Shown here: positions 40,100 to 48,764 of the stretch, in pieces | Layout: every line of letters begins with the position of its first letter | Numbering within the stretch: the stretch's first letter is position 1 | DNA from: an uncultured Chloroflexia bacterium | GTDB taxonomy: Bacteria > Chloroflexota > Limnocylindria > Limnocylindrales > CSP1-4 | Direction of reading: 5' to 3' | NCBI GenBank assembly: GCA_963746845.1 | Contig: CAVVCZ010000008.1 | Span: forward strand, 1-64,000 | DNA: 64,000 bases | Program-made: the position numbers and the translations under genes | The notes under the pieces: generated by a model | What the model saw: the letters and a program-made list of their open reading frames with translations, nothing else | Database searches by the model: none | What the model was told of the DNA's origin: nothing

Positions 40100-40171
40100 G
40101 TCGGTGCCTCCTTGCCGAATGGGGTGACGACACCACGGTACGACGTGTCCATCTGTCGCGTCGTGGTCCCT

Positions 40172-41038
40172 TCAGCTGTCGCCCGGACCCTCGATCAGCG
40201 CGAAGAGGTGGCGCGGCTCCGGGATCCCCTTGAGGGCATGGGTGCCACGGTCGTCGAAGTCGAGGCCCGCGCTGGCGGCGAGGTCCCGGGTCGTCTGCGC
40301 CACGAGCACCTCGCCCGGTCCGGCGAGCGCGGCGATCCGGGCGGCTTCGTGGACGGCCATCCCGCGGACCGCGTCGCCGACGATCTCGACCTCCCCGACG
40401 TGGACCGCCGCGCGCGTCTCGAGGCCGTCGCTCCGGGCCGTGTCGCGGATGGCGACGGCGCAGCGGATCGCCCGGGCCGGCCCGTCGAAGGTGGCGAGCA
40501 GCCCGTCGCCCGCACGATCCACCTCGGTGCCCCGGAACTGGAGCACCTCGACCCGCGACCGCTCGACATGCCGACCGAGCAGCTCGCGCCACGCCGCGTC
40601 GCCGATCCGGGCGAGCAGGGCGGTCGACTCCACGATGTCGACGACGAGGAGGGTGACGAGCGACCGATCGAGGAACCGGCTCCCGCGGCCCGCCCACGTG
40701 CGCGGGCCCGACCACTCGATCATCACGGCCGGCTCGTCGCCGATCGTGAAGCCGTCGTGGCCGGGCGGGATGTCGTAGACGTCGTCCGGCCCGTACTCGA
40801 GGATCGTTCCGTCGCGCAGCTCGGCGCCCTGCCGGCCGGACAGCGTCACACCGACGTGGTGGCTCTCGCACCACTTGCCGCCGGCGATCGCCCGCATGTC
40901 GTTCGACCACCGCCAGCCCGGGTACTGGACGACCCGGGCGATGACCTCCTCGCCGACGAAGACGAGATCCTCCTCGACCCCGGGCAGCCGCACCGACTCG
41001 TCGGGGCGCCGGAGGTTCTTGGGCACGTGGTCGGCCAT
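40172..41038 (-). CDS. Cupin domain fused to a class III adenylate/guanylate cyclase
   Basis: N-terminal PGWRWS...C..HH.G..LSG..IPPGHDG cupin; C-terminal VDIVEST, AGDG.LATFD, H.GEVE, AVH.AARI, LKGI. Confidence 0.85.
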   Translation of the reverse strand: MADHVPKNLRRPDESVRLPGVEEDLVFVGEEVIARVVQYPGWRWSNDMRAIAGGKWCESHHVGVTLSGRQGAELRDGTILEYGPDDVYDIPPGHDGFTIGDEPAVMIEWSGPRTWAGRGSRFLDRSLVTLLVVDIVESTALLARIGDAAWRELLGRHVERSRVEVLQFRGTEVDRAGDGLLATFDGPARAIRCAVAIRDTARSDGLETRAAVHVGEVEIVGDAVRGMAVHEAARIAALAGPGEVLVAQTTRDLAASAGLDFDDRGTHALKGIPEPRHLFALIEGPGDS

Positions 41039-41344
41039 GCCCGGAAGAGTGATGCCGCCGTTCGCGCGACGTCAATGCCTCGGGCGCGGCGTGAGACCGG
41101 GCTCCGGTCCGGCCCGGGCTCCATCCGGCCCGGAGCCGCACCCGCTCCGATCCCGCGCCGTTTCTGTCGTTCGTTCACGTGGGGGTCGCTAGTCGGCGCG
41201 CAGGGCGTTCGCGGGCCGCACGGGCGAATGACGGTGTTACGATCCGCCCACTCGAGCCGGCTCCTCGTACGGGGTCCGTCCACGACGCCTTCGGCGGCTG
41301 GATGCAGGGACCCGCGATGCCCCGGTGGAGTGAGGTGTGCGCGC

Positions 41345-42463
41345 ATGTCGACCGTGACGTTCGAGCACGTCACCAAGAAGTATGGTGACGTCCTCGCGGT
41401 GAACGACCTGAACCTTGCCATCAACGACGGCGAGTTCATGGTCCTGGTCGGACCCTCGGGCTGTGGCAAGACGACCAGTCTCCGGATGATCGCCGGCCTC
41501 GAGGAGATCTCCTCGGGCGAGCTGAAGATCGGCGACAAGGTCGTCAACGATGTGGCCCCGAAGGATCGCGACATCGCGATGGTCTTCCAGAGCTACGCGC
41601 TCTACCCGCACATGACGGTCCGCGACAACATGGCGTTCGGGCTGAAGCTCCGGAAGCTGCCGAAGGCGGACATCGAGAAGCGGGTCAACGAGGCGGCCGG
41701 CATCCTCAGCCTCGAGAAGCTCCTCGATCGCAAGCCGAAGGAGCTGTCCGGCGGCCAGCGCCAGCGCGTCGCGCTCGGCCGGGCGATCGTCCGCGAGCCC
41801 GCGGTGTTCCTCATGGACGAGCCCCTCTCGAACCTCGACGCCAAGCTGCGCGTCCAGACGCGGGCCGAGATCGCCCGTCTCCACCAGCGGATGGGGACGA
41901 CGTTCGTGTACGTCACCCACGACCAGGTCGAGGCGATGACGATGGGCACGCGGATCGCCGTGATGAGCGACGGCCTGCTCCAGCAGGTCGGCACGCCGCA
42001 GGTCCTGTACGACACCCCCGCCAACCGGTTCGTCGCCGGGTTCATCGGCAGTCCGTCGATGAACTTCGTCGACGTGACGTTCGACAGCTCGGGTGGGACG
42101 GCGAAGTTGATCGGTCCCGGCAACTGGACCGCGAACCTGCCGAATCGGCTGGCGACGGCCGTCGGCGCGACCAGCGGCCGCAAGCTCGTCGCCGGGTTCA
42201 GGCCGGAGCACCTCGACCTCGATCCGGTCGAGGGCGACCAGGTGACCATCCCCGGCCACGCGGACGTCGTCGAGTACCTCGGCAACGAGGAGCTCCTCCA
42301 CGTCACGGCGGCCGAGAAGGACATCGTCGCGATCGTCGGCTCCGACCACCGGGTGAAGCCGGGCGACGTGCTCCAGATGATCCTGCCGCTCTCGAAGCTC
42401 CACCTGTTCGATGCGGAGACGGGCCTGAGCCTGACCTCCGATCGCGAAGCGATGGCCGCCTGA
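41345..42463 (+). CDS. ugpC: Carbohydrate ABC transporter ATPase (MsiK/UgpC/MalK family)
   Basis: GPSGCGKTT, VFQSYALYPH, LSGGQRQRVALGRA, DEPLSNLDAKLR, FIGSPSMN, TOBE tail. Confidence 0.93.
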   Translation: MSTVTFEHVTKKYGDVLAVNDLNLAINDGEFMVLVGPSGCGKTTSLRMIAGLEEISSGELKIGDKVVNDVAPKDRDIAMVFQSYALYPHMTVRDNMAFGLKLRKLPKADIEKRVNEAAGILSLEKLLDRKPKELSGGQRQRVALGRAIVREPAVFLMDEPLSNLDAKLRVQTRAEIARLHQRMGTTFVYVTHDQVEAMTMGTRIAVMSDGLLQQVGTPQVLYDTPANRFVAGFIGSPSMNFVDVTFDSSGGTAKLIGPGNWTANLPNRLATAVGATSGRKLVAGFRPEHLDLDPVEGDQVTIPGHADVVEYLGNEELLHVTAAEKDIVAIVGSDHRVKPGDVLQMILPLSKLHLFDAETGLSLTSDREAMAA

Positions 42464-42552
42464 GCGCGGCGACCGACGGGGCCGGCGACGCCGGCCCGAA
42501 CCCCGGAGACAGCTCGGGCGCGGCGCCGGACCCGGCGACCGCGCCCGCTGGC

Positions 42553-43719
42553 GTGACGGACGCGGGTGCCGACGGCATCGCCGGCTCCGGTGACGACGCC
42601 GACCTCGTCGAGCGGGTCGTCGATTCCCGGATCCTCCATCGGGGCCGCTACCTGACGTTCCGCGTCGACACGATCGAGCGCGCGGACGGCAGCCGGTCCG
42701 AGCGCGACATCGCCGGGCATCCGGGAGCGGTCGCGGTCGTCGCGATCGACGCCGAGGATCGCGTCCTGCTCGTCCGGCAGTGGCGGACCCCGGCCGAGCG
42801 GGTCCTGCTCGAGATCCCCGCCGGCACGCTCGACGAGGACGAGGCGACGGGCGCGATCGAGGACCCGGAGCTCGCATCCCGGCGCGAGCTCGAGGAGGAG
42901 ACGGGCTACCGCGCCGGGGCCTGGCGGAAGCTCGCGGCGTTCTGGACGGCGCCGGGCTTCGCCGGCGAGCGCATGCACCTGTACCTCGCCACGGATCTCG
43001 AGCCCGCCCACCCCGACGTGCGGCTCGGGCCCGACGAGGACGAGCACCTCCGGCTCGAGCGACGCCCCTTCGCGGACGCGATCGCGGCCGTCGAGTCCGG
43101 CGAGATCGCCGACGCGAAGTCGATCGTCGGGCTGCTCTGGGTCGACCGGATGCGTCGCGCGGCGGGCGCTGCCACGCCGGCCGGCCTGGGCGAGGGCCGG
43201 GCGGAGGCCGCTGCCGCTCCCTCACCCCTCGTCCAGCGCTCGTTCAGCTACACCCTGGGCGAGGCGATCCGGATCTCGATGCTGTCGATGCGCCGGTCGC
43301 GGTTCGCCCAGTTCACCTCGATCGCGATCGCCCTGATCTCGGTCCTCGGCGCGAATGGCGAGCTGATCGTCGCGCTGCCGGGGCTGATCGTGGCGTTCCT
43401 GTTCATCACGGGCCTCCTGAGCGTGCCGATCACGTTGTTCTTCGCCTGGCGGTACCGCGAGCGGTTGTTCGCCGTCACCACGGTGAGCGTCGACGTCGAC
43501 GGGATCCGCGGCAGCTCGACCACGAGCCAGTGGGAGACGCCGTGGACCGCCTTCCAACGCCTCCAGGAGTCGGGCGGGTTCCTCCTGCTGGACCTCGGGC
43601 CGCAGCTCCTCTCGTTGCCGTTGCGGGCGTTCACGGCGGACGACCTGACGACGATCCGCCGGCTCGCGGCCGACGCCGGCTTCGGGCCCGACGGGCGGCC
43701 GGCACGCCCGAAGGTCTAA
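42553..43719 (+). CDS. NUDIX (ADP-ribose pyrophosphatase-like) hydrolase fused to a YcxB-like membrane domain
   Basis: HPGAV, EIPAG.LD, RELEEETG, PGF..E, DAKSI; C-terminal 2 TM segments plus a W..F....E..G..L domain. Confidence 0.8.
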   Translation: MTDAGADGIAGSGDDADLVERVVDSRILHRGRYLTFRVDTIERADGSRSERDIAGHPGAVAVVAIDAEDRVLLVRQWRTPAERVLLEIPAGTLDEDEATGAIEDPELASRRELEEETGYRAGAWRKLAAFWTAPGFAGERMHLYLATDLEPAHPDVRLGPDEDEHLRLERRPFADAIAAVESGEIADAKSIVGLLWVDRMRRAAGAATPAGLGEGRAEAAAAPSPLVQRSFSYTLGEAIRISMLSMRRSRFAQFTSIAIALISVLGANGELIVALPGLIVAFLFITGLLSVPITLFFAWRYRERLFAVTTVSVDVDGIRGSSTTSQWETPWTAFQRLQESGGFLLLDLGPQLLSLPLRAFTADDLTTIRRLAADAGFGPDGRPARPKV

Positions 43720-44153
43720 CCCTCGGTCGGCTCGGGCGGGGTCGGTGACGGCGGCTCGGGCGGCGGCCCGAGGCGGGCGAGCGCGCCGGCGTAGAGCGTC
43801 GAGGTCGGGCTCAGCGCGACCGCGAGCCGCAGGTGCGTCCGCGCCTCGCCGCGACGGCCGAGCTGCTTCAGGCTCTGGCCGAGCGCGAAGTGGGCGTAGG
43901 GCGCCGACGGGTCGAGCACCAGGAGCCGCTCGAACGTCGCGCGGGACGCCTCGTGCTGACCGGAGTTGTAGTAGGCCCGCCCGAGGGCCTCGAGGATCGA
44001 CGCCTTGCCGGGCTCCGCCCGGTCGGCTCGTTCGAGGACCGTCGCAGCCTGTGCGTAGTGGCGCCCCTTCAGCAGCTCGTGGCCGCGCTGGAGCAGCTCG
44101 TACGCCGACTCACGCTCGTCGTCCGGGTCGCGACCGGCCGCCTCGTGTTCCAT
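43716..44153 (-). CDS. Tetratricopeptide repeat protein
   Basis: A...LE.A...EP.K..I.EALGRAYY, YAHFALG..L...GR..EA..HL.LA. Confidence 0.85.
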   Translation of the reverse strand: MEHEAAGRDPDDERESAYELLQRGHELLKGRHYAQAATVLERADRAEPGKASILEALGRAYYNSGQHEASRATFERLLVLDPSAPYAHFALGQSLKQLGRRGEARTHLRLAVALSPTSTLYAGALARLGPPPEPPSPTPPEPTEG

Positions 44154-44775
44154 GCCCCGATGGTGGCACGATCGGTCCGATCGGGCCGTCAGCGCGGAGA
44201 CGCGCCTCGAGCCACGGGACGAGGAGCTGTCGCTCCACCTCGACGGCGCCGTCCGACGAGAGACCGGACGTGCGGGCGGCAAAGTAGATGTGGACGTGCG
44301 CCGCGGCGACGACGGCGACCGCGACCGGATCGTCGTCGAGCGGCGCGATCGCCGCGCGGATCAGCGTCGCGACCCGCGCGTCGTAACGCGCCTCCGGCAT
44401 GGCCCAGGCATCGATCCCGGCCCGGTCGGCCTCGCGGACCTCCCACCACCCGGTCGCCCGCTCGAAGAACGCGCCGATCTCGACGAGCAGCCGGTCGACC
44501 CTCTCGATCGTCCCATCCGCCCCGTCGAAGATCGACGCGTCGGGCATCCCGAGCCCGTCGAGGATCGCCTCCGCGGCCGCCTCGGCCAGATCGGTCGGCC
44601 CGGGGAAATGGTTGCGGACCGTCGCCGGCGCCACGTCCGCCGCCCGTGCGACGGCCGGCACGGTCGCGCCGGCCACGCCGACCTCCCGGTACAGCTGGAG
44701 AGTTGCCGTCACGATCCGGGCGCGCGTCTCCGCCTTCGCCTCGTCCCGCTTGTCCATCGCGTAGCGACGGGGCAC
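44110..44775 (-). CDS. TetR/AcrR family transcriptional regulator
   Basis: Y.M..R......TR.RIV, TV..VA..A.V...TV..HFP HTH; SD GAGGAGG. Confidence 0.88.
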   Translation of the reverse strand: MPRRYAMDKRDEAKAETRARIVTATLQLYREVGVAGATVPAVARAADVAPATVRNHFPGPTDLAEAAAEAILDGLGMPDASIFDGADGTIERVDRLLVEIGAFFERATGWWEVREADRAGIDAWAMPEARYDARVATLIRAAIAPLDDDPVAVAVVAAAHVHIYFAARTSGLSSDGAVEVERQLLVPWLEARLRADGPIGPIVPPSGHGTRGGRSRPGRRA

Positions 44776-44796
44776 GCTTCCTCCTCAATCGAATGG

Positions 44797-44825
44797 TTGA
44801 CAGGTAAGTCAATCAATCCTATCAT
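44797..44825 (+). promoter_or_regulatory. Consensus sigma70 promoter overlapped by a putative TetR operator
   Basis: TTGACA-17 nt-TATCAT; inverted repeat TTGAC-N6-GTCAA (44797-44812); TAGGAT on - at 44816-44821. Confidence 0.7.
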
Positions 44826-44868
44826 GCGCCCGTCCACACCGGGGAAGGCGAGCACTCGTGAGGGATCG

Positions 44869-45468
44869 ATGATGGCGACTGCGGATCTCTACCGTCTGGC
44901 CGGTCTGTCCACGTGGGTTGCCCTCGTGGCGCTCGTCCTGTCCGGGATCGCCCTCGCCCTGTTCTTCGGCGGGGCCGGCGAGTTCTGGGGTCCGGTCAAC
45001 GACGCCCTGATCGTCGTGACCGCGATCGCCCTCTTCCCCGCCGTGTTCGCCGTGGCACGGCTCGCCGGAGACCGCGGCGCGCCGTGGGTCTCGATCCTGT
45101 CGATCGCCGCGATCGCCGGGCTCGCGCTGATCGCCGTCGGTCAGACGCTGCTGATCGTCGGCCGGCTCTCGCTCGAGGGGTCGTTCGTGACCGGAGGGAT
45201 CGGCGTCGTGCCGTTCCTCGCGTGGATCGTGCTGGTTGCGGTTCTCGGGATCGGCCTGGGCGTCCTCCCGGCCCGGACGGGCTGGCTGGCCGCTGCCGTG
45301 CTGGTCTCGATCGTCTCGGCGTCCTTGATCGCGACCGTGACGAGCGGACCTGTCTGGTGGGTCCTCGGGATCAGCGAGCTGCTCGTCCTGAGCGTCTGGC
45401 TGGCCGACCTGGCCGTATCGATCGGAGGCGCCGCCGGGGAGGTTGCGGTGATCGAGGCGACCGCCTAG
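44869..45468 (+). CDS. Hypothetical 6-TM membrane protein
   Basis: Hydrophobic segments with WGPVND; divergent from tetR. Confidence 0.7.
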   Translation: MMATADLYRLAGLSTWVALVALVLSGIALALFFGGAGEFWGPVNDALIVVTAIALFPAVFAVARLAGDRGAPWVSILSIAAIAGLALIAVGQTLLIVGRLSLEGSFVTGGIGVVPFLAWIVLVAVLGIGLGVLPARTGWLAAAVLVSIVSASLIATVTSGPVWWVLGISELLVLSVWLADLAVSIGGAAGEVAVIEATA

Positions 45469-46499
45469 CCGGTCCCGTCCCGCCAGAGCTCGAGATCGAT
45501 CGGCCTGAGCCGGGGCGATTCGGTCACGCCCGGGATCCGGCCGCGCTTGGCGATCGGCCGCCCGTCGATCTCCTTGATATCGCCGGTGAAGTCGATCGGC
45601 GTGGCGCCGCTGATGTACGAGCCGACGGCATACGAGTCGACCGGCGCGCCCTGCTCCTTGAACCAGGTGATCCGCTCGGGGGTGAGCCCGCCCGAGACGA
45701 CGATCTTCACGTGGCGATAGCCCTCCTGATCGAGCCGCGCCCGGACCTCCTTCACGAGGTCGGCGGTGACCCGACCGCGCTCGGACGGCGTGTCGAGGCG
45801 GATCCCGTAGAGCCGGTCGCCGAGGGCATGGGCGACGCGGAGCGCCTCCTCGGCCTCGTCCTTGAACGTGTCGACGAGGACGATCCGGGGCACGTCGTCG
45901 TCGAGGTCGCGATCGAACGCCTCGGCCGCGAGGACCGTGTCGCCGAAGATCAGGACGAGCGAGTGGGGCATCGTCCCGGTCGGGTTCAGCCCGGCGAGGC
46001 GGGCGCCGGCCGGGGTCGACGCGCCGACACAGCCGCCGACGATCGCGGCGTAGTCGAGGACGTCGGTGATGTCCGGGTGGACGTGGCGGGCGCCGAACGA
46101 GACGACGGGATCCGGGGCCGCGGCGTCGACGACCTCGCGGGCCGCGGTGGCCCAGCCGGTCGACTGGGCGAGCATCCCGAGGATCGCGGTCTCGTACAGC
46201 CCGAACCGCCGGTACCGGGCGTGGATCCGGAGGACGACCTCCTTCGGCGCGATCCGGTCGCCGTCGCTCAGCGCCTCGACCCGGGTCTCGGACGGCTCGC
46301 AGTCGGCGAGGACGTGCCCGATCAGGTTCTTGGCCTCGTCGATCCCGCACAGGATCGCGTCCTGGCGGGTGAAGACCTCCATCGTGACGACGGGGTCGAG
46401 GCCCTCGCGCTCCATGATGCTGGCCGCGCGGGCGAAGTAGACGTCCGCCGAGTCGCCGGACAGGATCTCGCGCGACGGTCGCGTGCGTACGAGCCCCAT
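45465..46499 (-). CDS. pncB: Nicotinate phosphoribosyltransferase (short type)
   Basis: DVYF.R, SFGARH.HP, GTMPHSL, LVDTF, IRLDTPS.R, VSGG, KRGR. Confidence 0.88.
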   Translation of the reverse strand: MGLVRTRPSREILSGDSADVYFARAASIMEREGLDPVVTMEVFTRQDAILCGIDEAKNLIGHVLADCEPSETRVEALSDGDRIAPKEVVLRIHARYRRFGLYETAILGMLAQSTGWATAAREVVDAAAPDPVVSFGARHVHPDITDVLDYAAIVGGCVGASTPAGARLAGLNPTGTMPHSLVLIFGDTVLAAEAFDRDLDDDVPRIVLVDTFKDEAEEALRVAHALGDRLYGIRLDTPSERGRVTADLVKEVRARLDQEGYRHVKIVVSGGLTPERITWFKEQGAPVDSYAVGSYISGATPIDFTGDIKEIDGRPIAKRGRIPGVTESPRLRPIDLELWRDGTG

Positions 46500-46512
46500 C
46501 AGCGGTCCTGGC

Positions 46513-48764
46513 TCACGATGCGTCTCCCTGGTCGGCGGGCGGTCCGTCCGGGCCCGCGTCGTCCGATGGCTCGGCCGGCGCGTTCGACTGGTCGGCGAGT
46601 GTAGCGTACGGTCCGCCCTCGGCCGGGCTGGTCGCCAGCTCCGAGACGGGCGCCGGCTCGGCCGCCAGCATGAGCAGCTCCGGCGCCGGATGGGCCATCG
46701 ACGTCCGCGGCCGCCGCGTCGATGCGGGCCCCGAGGCTGCCCCGTGGGCCGCCGCCTCTGCCCCGTGGGCCCCTGCGGCCGTCACGATCCGGCGGTGCCG
46801 GCGGCCGGACCAGATGATCAGCACGATCGCGATGACCCACGTCGAGGAGCACGACCAGGGCGAGGCTCCCCGCGAGGATCAGCCGGCCTCGTCCGACCTC
46901 CGCCGCACCGGCGATCAGCGCCGACAGCGCGGCCGCGTCCGCACCCGTGCGTCGCCACGCCGCTGCTGAACGACGCCCGGATCGCCGCGAGGCGGGTCTC
47001 CGGCGACCGCCCGAGGAGACCCACGGTCGTCAGGGTGTCCCGCGGCGCCGCCACGGCCGCCGACGCGCTCGAGACGAGACGTCCGTCCGCGATCTCGCGG
47101 TCGGCGAGGGCGGCCGCGCCCTGCAGCGAGTCGGTCGCGGTCTGGTACGCGGTCCGGAGATCCGGCGGCGGCGCGACCCCGAGCCCGGCGGCGACCGTCG
47201 CCAGCTCGTCCCGCTTGGCGATCACGTCCTCGGCGCTCGCGATCCGCGACGCCGCCTCGTCGAACCGCCAGCCGGACATCGAATCGCGCACGTACATCGG
47301 CGGGAGCCAGTCGCCGCCTGCCGTAACGAGGCCGGCGTACGCGGTCCGGGCGGTCGCCCGCGCGTCGAGCTCCGCGACCTGCGCGTCCGTGACGACCCAC
47401 TGGCGGAACAGGTCGTCGGCAGAGCGCGCATGACCGCGCTCGTCGAGCAGGTCCAGCAGCCGGCGCCAGTCGTTCGGGCCCGAGACCGTCTCGGGCGCCC
47501 CGGCGCCGACGTACGCGATCTGGCGATCCTGTGCGGCCGCGAGGACGTCGCGCATCGGGTCGGTCCCGACCTCCCGGACGATCGACCGGACGACCGTCCA
47601 CGAGGCGTCGTACCCGAACTGCTCCCGGGCGTCGGTCTCGTCGTCGTTGATCCGGCCCGGGAAGACCCAGTCGTTGAGCTTGACGGCCGCGGCATCGGTC
47701 GGGCTGACACGCGACGGGTTCCACGGCCCGAGCCCGGTCGCGTCGAGCGACTGGGCCGCGAACGTGTCCGCGAACCCCTCGTTGATCCAGCGGCCGGCGA
47801 ACAGGTCGTTGTTGAACCAGGCGTGCGACGACTCGTGGAGGATCGTCAGGTCGTCGAGGTCCTCGCTGATCTCGATCCGGTTCTCGCCCTCGAAGAAGAT
47901 CCCGGCGTAGCCCTCGAGCAGTGGCGTGTGGACCTCGAACACGTCGAGGTCGCCGGACACCGGCCAGGTCAGGCCGGTCTCGTCGACGAGCTCGGGCAGG
48001 CCCTTCGTCAGCAGCTCCGCGACCTCCGTCTTCCAGGACGGGTCGTCCGGCCAGGCGTGGATCACGAGGTGCTCGCCGCCGGGCAGGTCGACCCGGGCGT
48101 TGGTGAGGGCGGCCTTCCGATCGGCGTTGACGACGACGTACCAGTCCGGGACGTCGGTGATGCTGGTGGCGCCGAACACCGTGGCCGTCCCGGCCGTCGA
48201 CTTGACGACGTCGGATCCGCTCGTCTCCGCCTCGAACCCGGCCGGGATCACGACCCGGACCGAGCCCGAATCGCCGAACGCCCAGCCCACGAACGTCGCG
48301 AACGCCGGCCCGACGCGGATCTCGCTCTTCGAGCGTGGGGCGCCGCCGGGCAGATCGAACTGGACGCGGACCCTGGCGGTCTCGGCGTGGAACAGCGACG
48401 TCCGGAAGCGGACCTCGAGCTCCTTGAAGCCGTCGCGTGGCCGGATCGTCGTCGAGAGCGCCGCCCCGCCGGATGTCGCCTTGATCGACGTGGCCTCGGG
48501 CTGGATGCCGATCCGGAACCCGTCGTAGAAGTAGCGGGTCACGACGCCGCCCGAGGTCTGGTTGGGCTTGTCGTTGCGGGCCGTCACGTCGACGAGGACG
48601 CGGACGACCTTCCGCGACGGGACGAGCGTGTAGGTCGCGCTCGACGTGAGCGTGAGGGTGTCCGTCGCGGCGCGGGCGACGGGCGCCGTCATCGGCCCGA
48701 GGCTCGCGGCCACCGCGAGGACCGTCGCGACGAGGAGGAGCCCCGCAGGCGAGCGGCGGCGCAT
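46513..48764 (-). CDS. Membrane-anchored gluzincin (peptidase MA-like) protein; two +1 frameshifts near 46949 and 46837
   Basis: Signal peptide, ILHESSHAWF..RWINEGFA; removing 2 bases gives 750 codons including a C-terminal TM segment. Confidence 0.75.

Noticed and set aside
26860-46960. Programmed ribosomal frameshifting at the three +1 sites
   Set aside because: No slippery heptamer or stimulatory structure, and these gene families are not known for recoding; error or decay is more parsimonious
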